Shown in pieces: positions 13,371-23,494 of a stretch of DNA of 45,117 bases. Position 1 is the stretch's first letter. Every line of letters begins with the position of its first letter. The notes beneath the pieces were generated by a model, which was not told where the DNA came from, ran no database searches, and saw nothing but the letters and a program-made list of their open reading frames with translations. The position numbers and the translations under genes were made by a program. This stretch comes from Chlorokybus atmophyticus. Its lineage: Eukaryota > Plantae > Mesostigma and Chlorokybus algae. The DNA lies in the NCBI GenBank assembly GCA_009103225.1, contig RHPI01001302.1:1-45117 (forward strand), read 5' to 3'.

Positions 13371-15698
13371 ATGAGCAGGCCCACCCTTTTCTCGCCAATA
13401 GAAGAAGGGGACCCAAACAGCTGGAGCCCAACCTCCAACCTTACCTACGAGCGCGCAAGTGAAGGGAGCGATTACCGTAGCAGCAGAGGCTCACGCCCCG
13501 TCTCCGGCTTCACCTCCTCTCACTCCACTCCTCGCCAACGAGCATCTCCACCACCGTCGGACAGTGACGACGAAGAGATGGAGCCTTCAAGCTCAACCAA
13601 CTCCCTACGCTTCTCCGGACGCCCTGGCACCACCTCACTTGACGAGTTCATCATCAAGTTCCACTCCAAGATGCGGCAGCAAGCCCTCAAGAGTAAGGAC
13701 TGGACAGACGAGGTATCGTTTCATGTGTCCGCTCAATACCTTAATCATGAAGCACATGATGTGTGGAAGTCCGTCGCTGAGTTGCACAAGATTGATGGCT
13801 ATGGCGAGTTGGCCAGCACAATAGCCGCCACGTCACTGCACAGCCCATCGGTTACTGTTCCTGTAGCAGCGGCCCCGCCCGCCTCAGTCACGGGTCTCAC
13901 TCTAGCTGCAGCCATGGAGAAGGCAGAGAATGAAGAAGTTGAGGTGGTAGTGGCCTCATTGACTCCTGCAGAGATCGAAAGCAAGAAGGCCGAGCGCCGG
14001 ATCAGGATACTCAACCGCACCGCTGCCATCATCAGGGAGTAACAAGAGGAGCAGCAAGCTGCAGCATTGGAAATGGGTACGCCCCTGCTACCAACACCGA
14101 ACTCGCGTGCTCCAGCGGGAGGCAGTGTTTTCACCCTCGGCTCAGTGGCATTGCGGGCACCCGCGCTCACGGTGGGCGCGGCCATGTCGGACTCCCCGTT
14201 GAAGGACCTCTACGCCGCACTCCGGCGCACCTTCCCACCTCAAACCAACAGCAAGGTGGAGGAGTTGAGGCGTTTTCGACGGAAGCCCCACGAGGACCCT
14301 CTCCGACTGTATTCACGGTTGGAAGGGTTGCTTAAAGACACTGACTACAAGATTGTCAGTGAGGAGGCGGCGGCAGTGGTGTATGTGGCCGAGCTGGATC
14401 CCACCCTGAGTGAGTCAACGCGCCTGACGCTGAACTACAGCAGGCCCCTCGGCTACACCCTCAAGGAAGCTTTCGAGACTGCACAAGCCATCCATAAGCG
14501 CGCAGTGTATGAGAAAGCGGTGCTGGACACCAACCGCAGTGCCTCACGGCCTATGGCAGGCACAAGTGCAGAGCCTCTTCGGCGGGACCGCAGCCGGGAG
14601 CCGCAAGGCATCCATTACAAGGATAAACGGTCAGCTCATGCTGCCCTTGTGGCTCCAGTGCTGTGCCACCCGTGTGGTCGACATGGCCACTACCAAAAGG
14701 AGTGCACCGAAGATTACGGCAACCTTGTGTGCGACCACTGCCACAAGACGGGACACTTGGAGACAGTATGCTGGCTCAAGTTCCCTGAGCTACGGGTCCC
14801 TATTGGCTACAACAACGGCAACAACGCTGTTGGCTACCGCAACAACAACAACAACAACAACGGGGGCTACAACAACAGCAACCACGCTGGCGGCTACAAC
14901 AATAGCAACAACGCTGGTGGTCGCAACAACGGCAACAACGCTGGTGGCCACAACCCCAACAACAACAACAGCGCTGGCGCCCGCAAGGAAGAAGCTGGCT
15001 ATAGAGGGAAAAACCGCCCTCCACAGCACAAAGGACTTGAGGGACGTCCTCGCGCTGGAGCTGCTGCTGTACAAGCACCAACCAACCCACCGGCTATTGA
15101 CCAAGTGGCAGCCCTGATGGCGCGCGTGGCACAGCTGCAGGGAAACAAGGAGCAGGACTATCAAGCCTGCTATGCTGCTAGGTGGGCATTGATGGCACCA
15201 AAACGGGATAGGGACACTCCCACGCCGTCACGCGTACAACCATCCAGACGGGCGCGCAGGGAAGCTGGCGCGTCGTCAACAGCGGCATCGTCGGACGCCA
15301 CAAGTGGTGCTGCCTCGGCAGCCACAACTACCGCTGGGACGACGCCGTCGATGACACCGTCGGCGTCCACACCGACCACGACAGCAGGCGTCAGCACTCT
15401 TGGCACCACGCTGTTCCCGGTGATGGAGAGCACCCACGCCGCAGCAACCATGGTCGTTGGATTTGTAAGTGGTGAATCCACCACTCCTGCCTCCATCGAA
15501 GCGACCACATCAACCGCAACTGCTGCCACCCTCACAGCCGCCACCTCAGTAACGACGACTGCTGCAGGTGCCACCACCATCGCCTCCAGTAGTGCTGCCA
15601 TACCCACTGCACCTCTTCCTGAGGTTTGGACGGCACCGCAACCGGCATTGGACGTCACACAGCAAGTGCCACGCGGGCCACAAGCAGAACGCGCCTAG
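13371..15698 (+). pseudogene. gag: Gypsy gag with two CCHC knuckles and an Asn/Gly-rich tract; in-frame TAA at 14040
   Basis: LRFSGRPG...LDEFIIKF; VEELRRFRRKPHEDPLRLYSRL; CHPCGRHGHYQKEC and CDHCHKTGHLETVC. ORFs at 13371, 14067 and 15717 share one frame. Confidence 0.85.
14808..14972 (+). repeat. (AAC)n-rich coding low-complexity repeat
   Basis: YNNGNNAVGYRNNNNNNNGGYNNSNHAGGYNNSNNAGG. Confidence 0.9.
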
Positions 15699-17479
15699 GC
15701 GTCGATTCTACGCAACGTGGAGCCCACCACTATTGCGTACGGACCAGGGGGGCAACGCACCACACGCGTGGCACGCGATGATCGCATCTTGCCCCTACCA
15801 CCTCCAGAATACCACACGCTGCCGGAACCCACACAACAGCAGCTGGAGGATGAAATCCTCGCCGGCACTGCATCAGAGATGAGGGATCGCCTGTTCGGGG
15901 TCACCTACCGCCGACCTGCGGTGTTGGAACTGGCCATCCAGTTATTCCTGGCATTACACGCATGGTTGCAAGGCGCACCCAGTCAAGCGCGACAGCCCAT
16001 GCCCGCTCAACAGATCGACTTCGAGCCTTCGCCACTGGACCCACTCGGCCTCCAGCGACACAAACTGCAAGACCTCGTGGTCACAATGTCTGACATCACG
16101 CTGGGCGCTGATCCCGCTCTCCGGGGGCTCACTCCAGGCAGTCGTCAAGAGCGTTTCTCTGCGCTCAAACAGGCCCATCGGTATCGCATGGACCAAGCTG
16201 CCCAAGTGGACGCGCGCCGACAGGCGTACGAAGCAGCACACGCCGTTATCATACTGACCGTAGCGTCAGCACACGTTGCCAGCGCCGACCACAGCGCACT
16301 CCACGGCGATCGCCATCGAGCAGCCGGGACACGCAACCGTTGCAGACCAAGCGAGGGCGTTGGCGCAACAATTGATTTTGGTAATCGCCCCGCTGCTGCC
16401 TCCTTTGGTCGAAGACATGCCTGACAATCAACGCGATGCAGGGCGAGGGTACCTCACCCCGCGAGGGGACACCACACAACGAGGAGGAGCTGGTATGGTG
16501 GGGGAGCAACAACTCCGTACCACATCCGGCAAGCAATCATGTTGCACAGGCCTGAGGGCAACACATCAAGACAGATGATGGGGATGCAAGAGGGCAGCGC
16601 CGCTCGAGCTCGTCTCGTGACATGGCTCGTTGCCAATCACCCTGCTGTCCCCCTGTTTGCCTTTGGCAACCGAGCATCATGGTTGGGGGCATTTGTTCGT
16701 TCGCTGCGACAAGCATACGACGAGGCTGCCACCACAGCCCCGGACACGCTGGAGGGAGTGCAAGAGGCAATGCTGCGGCTGCCAGGGGTGGAAGCCGCAC
16801 GGCAACGGCGGCGCATCGCCATTGCTCATGAGCTACACGCACAGCAGACTGACCTCCAGCGCACCCTACGCGCTCGCGCCATGACCGTGCTCGATGTGGG
16901 AGTGGTACAAGGAAGGTGGGATGCCTACATGGCAGGGACCTTGCGAGTCCCCACCATTACTCACGACATGCGGCGACAGCTACTACGCGCCGTATATCTG
17001 CAGCCAGGCCTCAATATCATCATTGGACCGACACGGACACCGAGCCCACGGCCACGTGGGAAGGGACATTGGTCAGAGAAGCGGCTCATGCTGTGCGATG
17101 GACGTACGCCGCGGAGCAAGCTGAACGCGAGGCAGGCCCACAAACACCGGGTCCGCCGGGGTTTCCGCCACAGCTATTGGGTACGCCCGCGGGCATGATT
17201 CCAGCTTCGCGGAGGCGTCATCCACCTGCGCCGCCACCACAACCAGCGCCGAAACCTCCAGCACCGAGGCCCCCCCGTGTCTACCAACCACCTCGACAAG
17301 GTCGGCTCGGCAGAGGGAGAGGGCAAGGAGGGGGTTCTCCGGACCCAGCAGGCAGAGGAGCTCTGGCTGCCATGCGCTCAGCACCTCCAGCTGAGACAAC
17401 TGAGTCAGAGGTACAGACACCTCGTATGAAGAGGCTGCGTATCGACGCCAACGCTGCCATGGTGGCCAACCAAGGCAAG

Positions 17480-17830
17480 CACGTTACCATTAACGGTCTG
17501 GCACCCAAGCGGGTAATGTTGGACACCGGAGCACAGCCTGTCATCATCGGGCGCTTCCTCGCGCGGTCCCTAGACATAACCAGCTCCGACTTGGTGCCTT
17601 GCCCGTACGTGTTGGACACTGCCACAGGTAGCCGAGATAAGGTGATGGGAGTCACCAGGGAGGCCTTTTGCATTCGGTTGACAGGGCTGGACCCAACCCA
17701 CACGACCGAGATCGTCCAGCAATGCGTGGTCACCAATGCCGGCTCCTTCGACTTTCTGCTTGGGCAGGACTTCAACTTCCCTGTGGGCATGGGCCTCGAC
17801 TGCTGGACAGAACGAGCGTGGTTTCGGCCA
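17480..17830 (+). CDS. Retropepsin-like aspartic protease domain
   Basis: RVMLDTGAQPVII (Asp at 17522) ... FDFLLGQDF. Confidence 0.85.
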
Positions 17831-18247
17831 CATTGGGATGAGGATGACGGAGAGGTACATGGTTTCCTGCCTCTCGAGTTGGTCTCGCGCACGCGCGCCC
17901 AACGCAAAATGGCTGCCATGGCCACACGCAGACACGCCCGCACCCGGAAGGCTGTAATGGCCACATACGCCGGCGCTCGGACGCAAATCGCTGCTGGTGC
18001 CACAGCCGCGTGTCGAACCGGCGACCCCTCTCCCATCCCGTACAACGAGGAGCAGGAGGATGCCACCGTGGAAGTAGCATTACAAGACCCAGCTGAACGG
18101 CGCTGGCGCGCACAGGTGGACGCACACATTTTGCTCAGCCATCCACTGATCACCACGCGCTTCCCCATCTACCAAAGCCACGTCAAGGTGCGGGACCACC
18201 ATATGGTGGCCACCGGAGTGGTCGAGTTCCACACCTTTCGCAGGCAA

Positions 18248-19200
18248 CAGGGCATCACAGTGTTGGAGCTATTTGGAGGCATTGGCAGTGGTCTTGCTGC
18301 GGTCCTCAACACGGGCGTGAAGGTTATAAAATACTATTACTGCGACCCAGACCCACACGCGCAAACGGTCCTCAAGCACCACTTGCGCCAACTGCACGCC
18401 AGGTATCCGCGTCAACTACCCCTCTCGGCGTTGCAAGGCAGCCTCAAAGCATTGCCACAGGACGTCCGGCTGATCACTGAAGATCACCTACTGTCCCTCG
18501 GCAACGTCGACCTGTTAATAGCTGGATGGGAATGCCAAGGGCACTCCAGGGCAGGCAAGGGACAAGGCCTCGAAAACCCTCGCTCCATGTTGTTCTGGGA
18601 GCTGATGAGGATCATCCACCTCCTTCAACACCACCAGATCTCCAGACCCCTGGGGTACGTCATCGAAAATGTGCATTCAGAAGACGACAAGCGTCCGCAT
18701 GTGGCCTCCAGCTACCGACGAAGTTTGCTCCATTCTGGGGCACCCACTCAAGGTGAACGCGGCACGACATGGCTCGCGCGCACATCGTGTACGCGCTAAA
18801 TGGACAAACTTGGCCACCGTGGAGGAGCTCATGACCGCCGAATACACGCGCAGCGCTTGGCCGCGCAACCTGCTGGTCGACGACATCCTAGACCCCGGCC
18901 GCACAGCACAACCTGCCCTGCGTCATGACCACAACCACTTCTACCAGTGCAATTAGCCCGGTCAGCCCCGTCGCGCACTCCCCACATTGGTGTCCTACCC
19001 AGGCTCCTACGCGTTTCGGAACGGTGGTGACGGAATGGTATTTGATGCGACCACCAACACGCTGGAAGAACCCAACGCACGCGAACGTGAACGCGCCATG
19101 GGCTTCTTCCCAACAGCATCACAGGTTCATCGCTGACGGACAGTCAGCAATGCCAGCTGCTTGGTCGCGCCATGGACCAGAATCGCATGGTATGGCTGCT
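18248..19200 (+). pseudogene. C5-cytosine DNA methyltransferase domain within gypsy pol
   Basis: Motif I LELFGGIG (18272), II YYYCD, IV GWECQGHS (Cys at 18533), VI IENV (18665), VIII HRVRAKWTN (18786), IX ERERAMGF, X LLGRAMD. Frameshifts at ~18715 and ~19115; TAG at 18954. Confidence 0.93.
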
Positions 19201-19439
19201 GGAGCTGAGCTTCGCGTTGCAGGACCGCCACGTGTCCTTCGAGAATCGCGAACACTTGGCTGGGGGGTGGGCTGATTGCGTAGCCGACACCAAGGCAGCT
19301 CACACAGCTCTTGAGGTGGTCCACACGGAGGAGCAAGCGGCAGTGACAGTGGAGGACATTCCTGTGGTTGCCAATGCAACCTCCTGGGACCATGCCATTG
19401 GCCCATTGGCCACGGAAGACACTCGAGAGAAGCTGGAGG

Positions 19440-21935
19440 CTCTCCTCAACAAATGGAGGAGCCAATTCAGCTTCAATGTGAAGAAATTGGGTACATGTTC
19501 AGTGTACCAGATGGACATCGAGCTGGTGGACACTGAGCCGGTGTTCCGACGACAATACAGGCTCTCCAAGTTGGAAGAAAGACTTGGTGGAACAGAGATG
19601 TAAGGCGCTGCTGAATGCAGGCCTTATCGAAGAGTCCACATCGGACTTCGCAGCAGCAACCGTTATGCCCCTGAAGAAGGATTCAGCAGGCAACTGGACA
19701 GAGCGACGCATGTGTGGCGACTATCGCCCCCTCAACAACAAGACCAAGCAAGACCGGTACCCCATGCCCACAGCAGAGGGTATTTTTGATGATGTGGGAG
19801 ATTGCACAGTCTTCAGCATCCTGGACATGCGTCAGGGGTACAACCAGATCGCCATCAAGGACGAGGACAAGCACAAGACCTCCTTCTGGGGCAACCGACA
19901 GTTGTACCAATGGAAGGTAATGCCGTTCGGGCTGAAGAACGCCCCCGCCAAGTTTCAACGCGTCATGGACAAAGCCTTGAAAGGGTTGGACTGCGCGCGG
20001 TGCTACATTGATGACATCCTCATCTTCAGCCGCAGCAACGAGGAGCATCTTCAGCACATCGAAGCGGTGCTGGAACGACTCAAGGGAGTAAGGATGACCG
20101 TACACCCCGACAAGTGTACCTTCTTCACCCACAAGGTGCCGTACTTAGGGCACATGATTGTGCCCCATGGTGTGTATGTGCAGCAGGCAAAAGTAGAGGC
20201 TCGAGCAGCTATCCCTGCCCCGACAGACCTCACACGCCTGCGCGCTTCCTTGAGACTTGCCAACTACTATCGCCGGTTCGTGAAGGACTTCGCGAAGATC
20301 GCAAGACCCCTCAGCGAGCTACTAAAGAAGGAGGTGGAGTTCGCATGGAAGGGGTCGCAACAGCAGGCCTTCGAGGAGCTGAAGAGCAGACTCACCAGCG
20401 CTCCCATCCTTCAACGTCCGGACTACGCCAAGCCTTTCATCCTTTACACCAACTGGAGCAAGCTGGGGATGGGAGCGGTGCTGGTGCAGCACGATGAGAA
20501 CAAGAAGGAGCGGGTGGTGGCATACGCCAGCCGAAGCAACAACAGCGCCGAGGCCAACTACAGCAGCTACAAAGGGGAATGCCTCGCTGCAGTGTGGGCC
20601 ATCTCCTTCTTCCGACCTTTCCTCTTTGGTCGGCAGTTCCAACTGATCACCGATCATCAGCCCCTCAAGTGGCTGATGACCAACCAACATCTGACAGGGA
20701 AACTTGCTCGATGGGCCCTGCTGTTACAGGAATACGACTTCGAGATTGACCACCGCGCTGGCCTCACCAACCAAGACGCCGATGGCCTCAGTCGCAACCC
20801 CCACCTCAGCACCAACGACGCAACTGGAGCGCGGCATGAGCTCATCCCTGCAGCAACAGCTCCCACCATGGCAGCCATGTTTGCTGCTGCCGCGTTGCGC
20901 TCAGGGCGCAAGACCAACACCACGGCCTCAGCAGTGGTAGAGGAGATTCCCGCCCTTGAGTCTACCGACCCTGCGGCAATCACACCCTTGGGAGACGCCC
21001 ACGCAGCCGACATTGACGTCGATGACACAGAGCTGGCGTCCTCTGACATCAGGCAGGACATATGGCATGACAAGCCATCACTCTCCTTTCTTCAACGTGG
21101 TCATCTCCCCTCTGGCATGAGCGCTCGAGAGAAGGACCGGGTCAACCAACGCACCCGTCACTATGGATGGGCAGGTGACAAGCTGTATCGCCGCTTCCAC
21201 GACGAAGACAAGGAAGTGCCGACACCAGTCACGCGCGAGGACATCATCACTTCCCTCCACACTGAGCTTGGACACTTTGGTGTCAAGCGCACAGTCAGCC
21301 TAGTGAGGGCACAATATTGGTGGTATGGATTAACAAAACAGGTGCAAAGGTTCGTCAGCCACTGCCAGCAGTGTGACATGGTGCGCGCCAGCCTCAACAC
21401 GCGTAGCGCCACCTTGCACCCACTCCCCATCTCCGGTCTCTTTTACCGATGGGGACTCGACATCTTGGGGGACTTGGCACCCTCAGCACGTGGCAACCGT
21501 TACATCCTGGTCATGATTGAGCACTTCTCCAAATGGGTGGAGCTGGTGCCATTACCCGACAAGAGCAGCAGGGGGGTGTCTCAAGCCTTCCTCTCTCACG
21601 TTCTCAGCCGCTTTGGCAGCTGCGCCGAAGTCATCACCGACCAATGTACTGAGTTCAGAGGGGAATTCGACACCCTCTTGGACAAATGTTACATCGATCA
21701 CCGCCGTATCTCGCGTGATCACCCTCAAGCCGACGGCCTCGCCGAGCGTACGGTACAGACCATCAAGAAGGCACTCCGCAAATACGTGCTGGAGTACGAG
21801 AAGGACACTTGGGATGACCACCTCCCATGGGTGGCCCTTGGATATCGGTTGTCAAAGCAAGCGGCTCTGCGGGAGTACAGCCCGTACTATCTGCTGTTTG
21901 GGCGACCACCGTTGCTCCCCTTCCGTGCGCAATAG
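19440..21935 (+). pseudogene. pol: Gypsy RT, RNase H and integrase
   Basis: RRMCGDYRPLN, LDMRQGYNQI, MPFGLKNAP, CYIDDILIFS; ILYTNWS (Asp to Asn), ITDHQPLKWL; HFG...CQQC, WGLDILG, DQCTEF, GLAERTVQTIK. Frameshift at ~19580. Confidence 0.95.
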
Positions 21936-22355
21936 GAGGTGGATCGCGTCGTGAACAACCTCGACGACCCTGATTGGATGCACCACGACATCACCACGCG
22001 CGCCGCACTTTTCGAGCGCACCGTCCCCATGGCCTTCAACAACCTGCGCATCGCGCAGCATCGCGACACGCTGCGCTACGAGCGCGTACGCAGCGGCTTT
22101 TACAAGGAGCGCCAACGGCGATTCCAAGCGGGGGACTTTGCCTATTGCATGGCAGCTACCAAGGACACGCTTGACACCTCCGTAGGCCGCACCGTCTACA
22201 AGGTACTCAAAGTGTACCCTACAGGGGTGCTGGACCTCCTTGGTCAAAACGGAGAAAGGTTGAAGGACAACATGGTGAACTGTGCGCCATGTCACCTTCC
22301 TTACGTAGCCGGATTCGGGCGTATCCAGCACCCTCGTCCTGCGCGCAGCACACGC

Positions 22356-22490
22356 TGTGAACACTGCGGCAGCGCCGGCGACGACGCACTCATAATGCTC
22401 TGCGATGGCTGCAACAAAGGCCTGCATTGCTACTGCCTGGAGCCACCTTTGGACACGATACCTATGGAAGAATATTGGTGCGACAACTGC
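22356..22490 (+). CDS. PHD finger (C4HC3) at the integrase C-terminus
   Basis: CEHC...MLCDGC...LHCYCLEPPLDTIPMEEYWCDNC, in frame with integrase across a TAG at 21933. Confidence 0.93.
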
Positions 22491-22884
22491 CGTACCAACG
22501 ACCCTCCTCACTTGCGCTAGCAGCTGAGCCCTGGAGCTGGAACCTTCCCCAGAGCCCAGGGGGGGTGGCTTGTTGATTCTGTATGCTACGGCACAGCATG
22601 TTCTTAGGGAAAACACCGACTCCATCTGCCCGTACTACCCAGCAGCAGCACACCAGCTGCACGAAGCACTTGTCACCATGAGGGTGGAGGTCATCTTTCT
22701 GTTTTTGCTACGCGTTACACAGGTGGCGCAGCAGCATGGCTGTCCATGCAGCTGTCCGAGACAGCGTGACCCTCGACTCCCCTCGACCCGACATGTCTCA
22801 TAGTCCGCAACTATCCAAACTGGTCTATGACGCAGATACAAACACACTTCACAAACACGTGAATGTAAGTGCAAACATACTCAC

Positions 22885-23494
22885 TTGCTGCCCTGCTGTC
22901 CTGGCTTCCAATACATGCGGTGTTGGTTGAACTTCATTTACCGTCCATCACTTCTACCCCTCTCCGTCCATGCAAAGCTGCTTCTGCTGCTCCCTTGCCT
23001 TGGCCAGTCTAGCTTTGTTTTGGCTGAGAAAGGGTCCTCCACCTGGTCGCTCGCAACTGTGTTGACCACTCAGACGCCTAGCCTCCTCCCCCCTGCCTTC
23101 TTCAGGTAGTCGACTACCATATGACTGTCGGACCGCACCTCTTTGACCACAACAACTCAAGGGGGCGGGTCAGCGGGATCTTCATCTGAGGGCTCATGCG
23201 GAAGTCTGAAGTCAAAGATGGACTTGCTGTTGTGCCGCATCTCCAAGGCATCACCCTTTTCTAGCCACACCGGCAAGGGGATATCGGTTGCAGTGACTCT
23301 CAACTCTGTGCTGTCATAGTTGTACGCTAGTAGATGATTTGCTAGATCACGGTTGAGCAACTCCCAGAGTTTGCGTTGCAACTGGTCTCCACCAATGAGC
23401 GTAAACTCATCTGCCAAACACCCAATGCACTGTGCACCAGTGTCTCTGTCGATTAGGTCATTGCCCATGGCATCACGCTTCTTGGTATAAGGCC
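22885..23494 (-). pseudogene. Spliced gene fragment, possibly distal exons of the CACTA transposase gene
   Basis: Coding-like frames (LQRKLWELLNRDLANHLL; VVVKEVRSDSHMVVDYLKK) ending at a GTGAGT donor; same strand as the Tnp2-like gene; cut by LTR D. Confidence 0.35.

Larger units (their letters stand above)
13371..22793 (+). mobile_element. Ty3/gypsy retrotransposon encoding a C5 DNA methyltransferase and a PHD finger (decayed copy; 5' LTR not identified)
   Basis: Domain order gag-CCHC x2-spacer-PR-DNMT-RT-RNaseH-IN-PHD on one strand; poly-G tract at 22558-22565. Confidence 0.93.

Noticed and set aside
15170-18168. Long minus-strand ORFs (15170-15658, 17281-18168; likewise 21852-22625, 33128-33898, 40481-41191)
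   Set aside because: Antisense shadows of GC-rich coding regions with no recognisable motifs.
18248-19200. DNMT as bacterial contamination or a restriction-modification gene
   Set aside because: It is continuous with protease and RT coding on the same strand, with no junction, TSD or compositional break.
22518-22530. Programmed stop readthrough after the PHD (TAG CAG CTG / TAA CAA CTG)
   Set aside because: It does not match the CARYYA signal fully, and the same frame closes within ~30-40 codons in both copies without conserved coding pattern.
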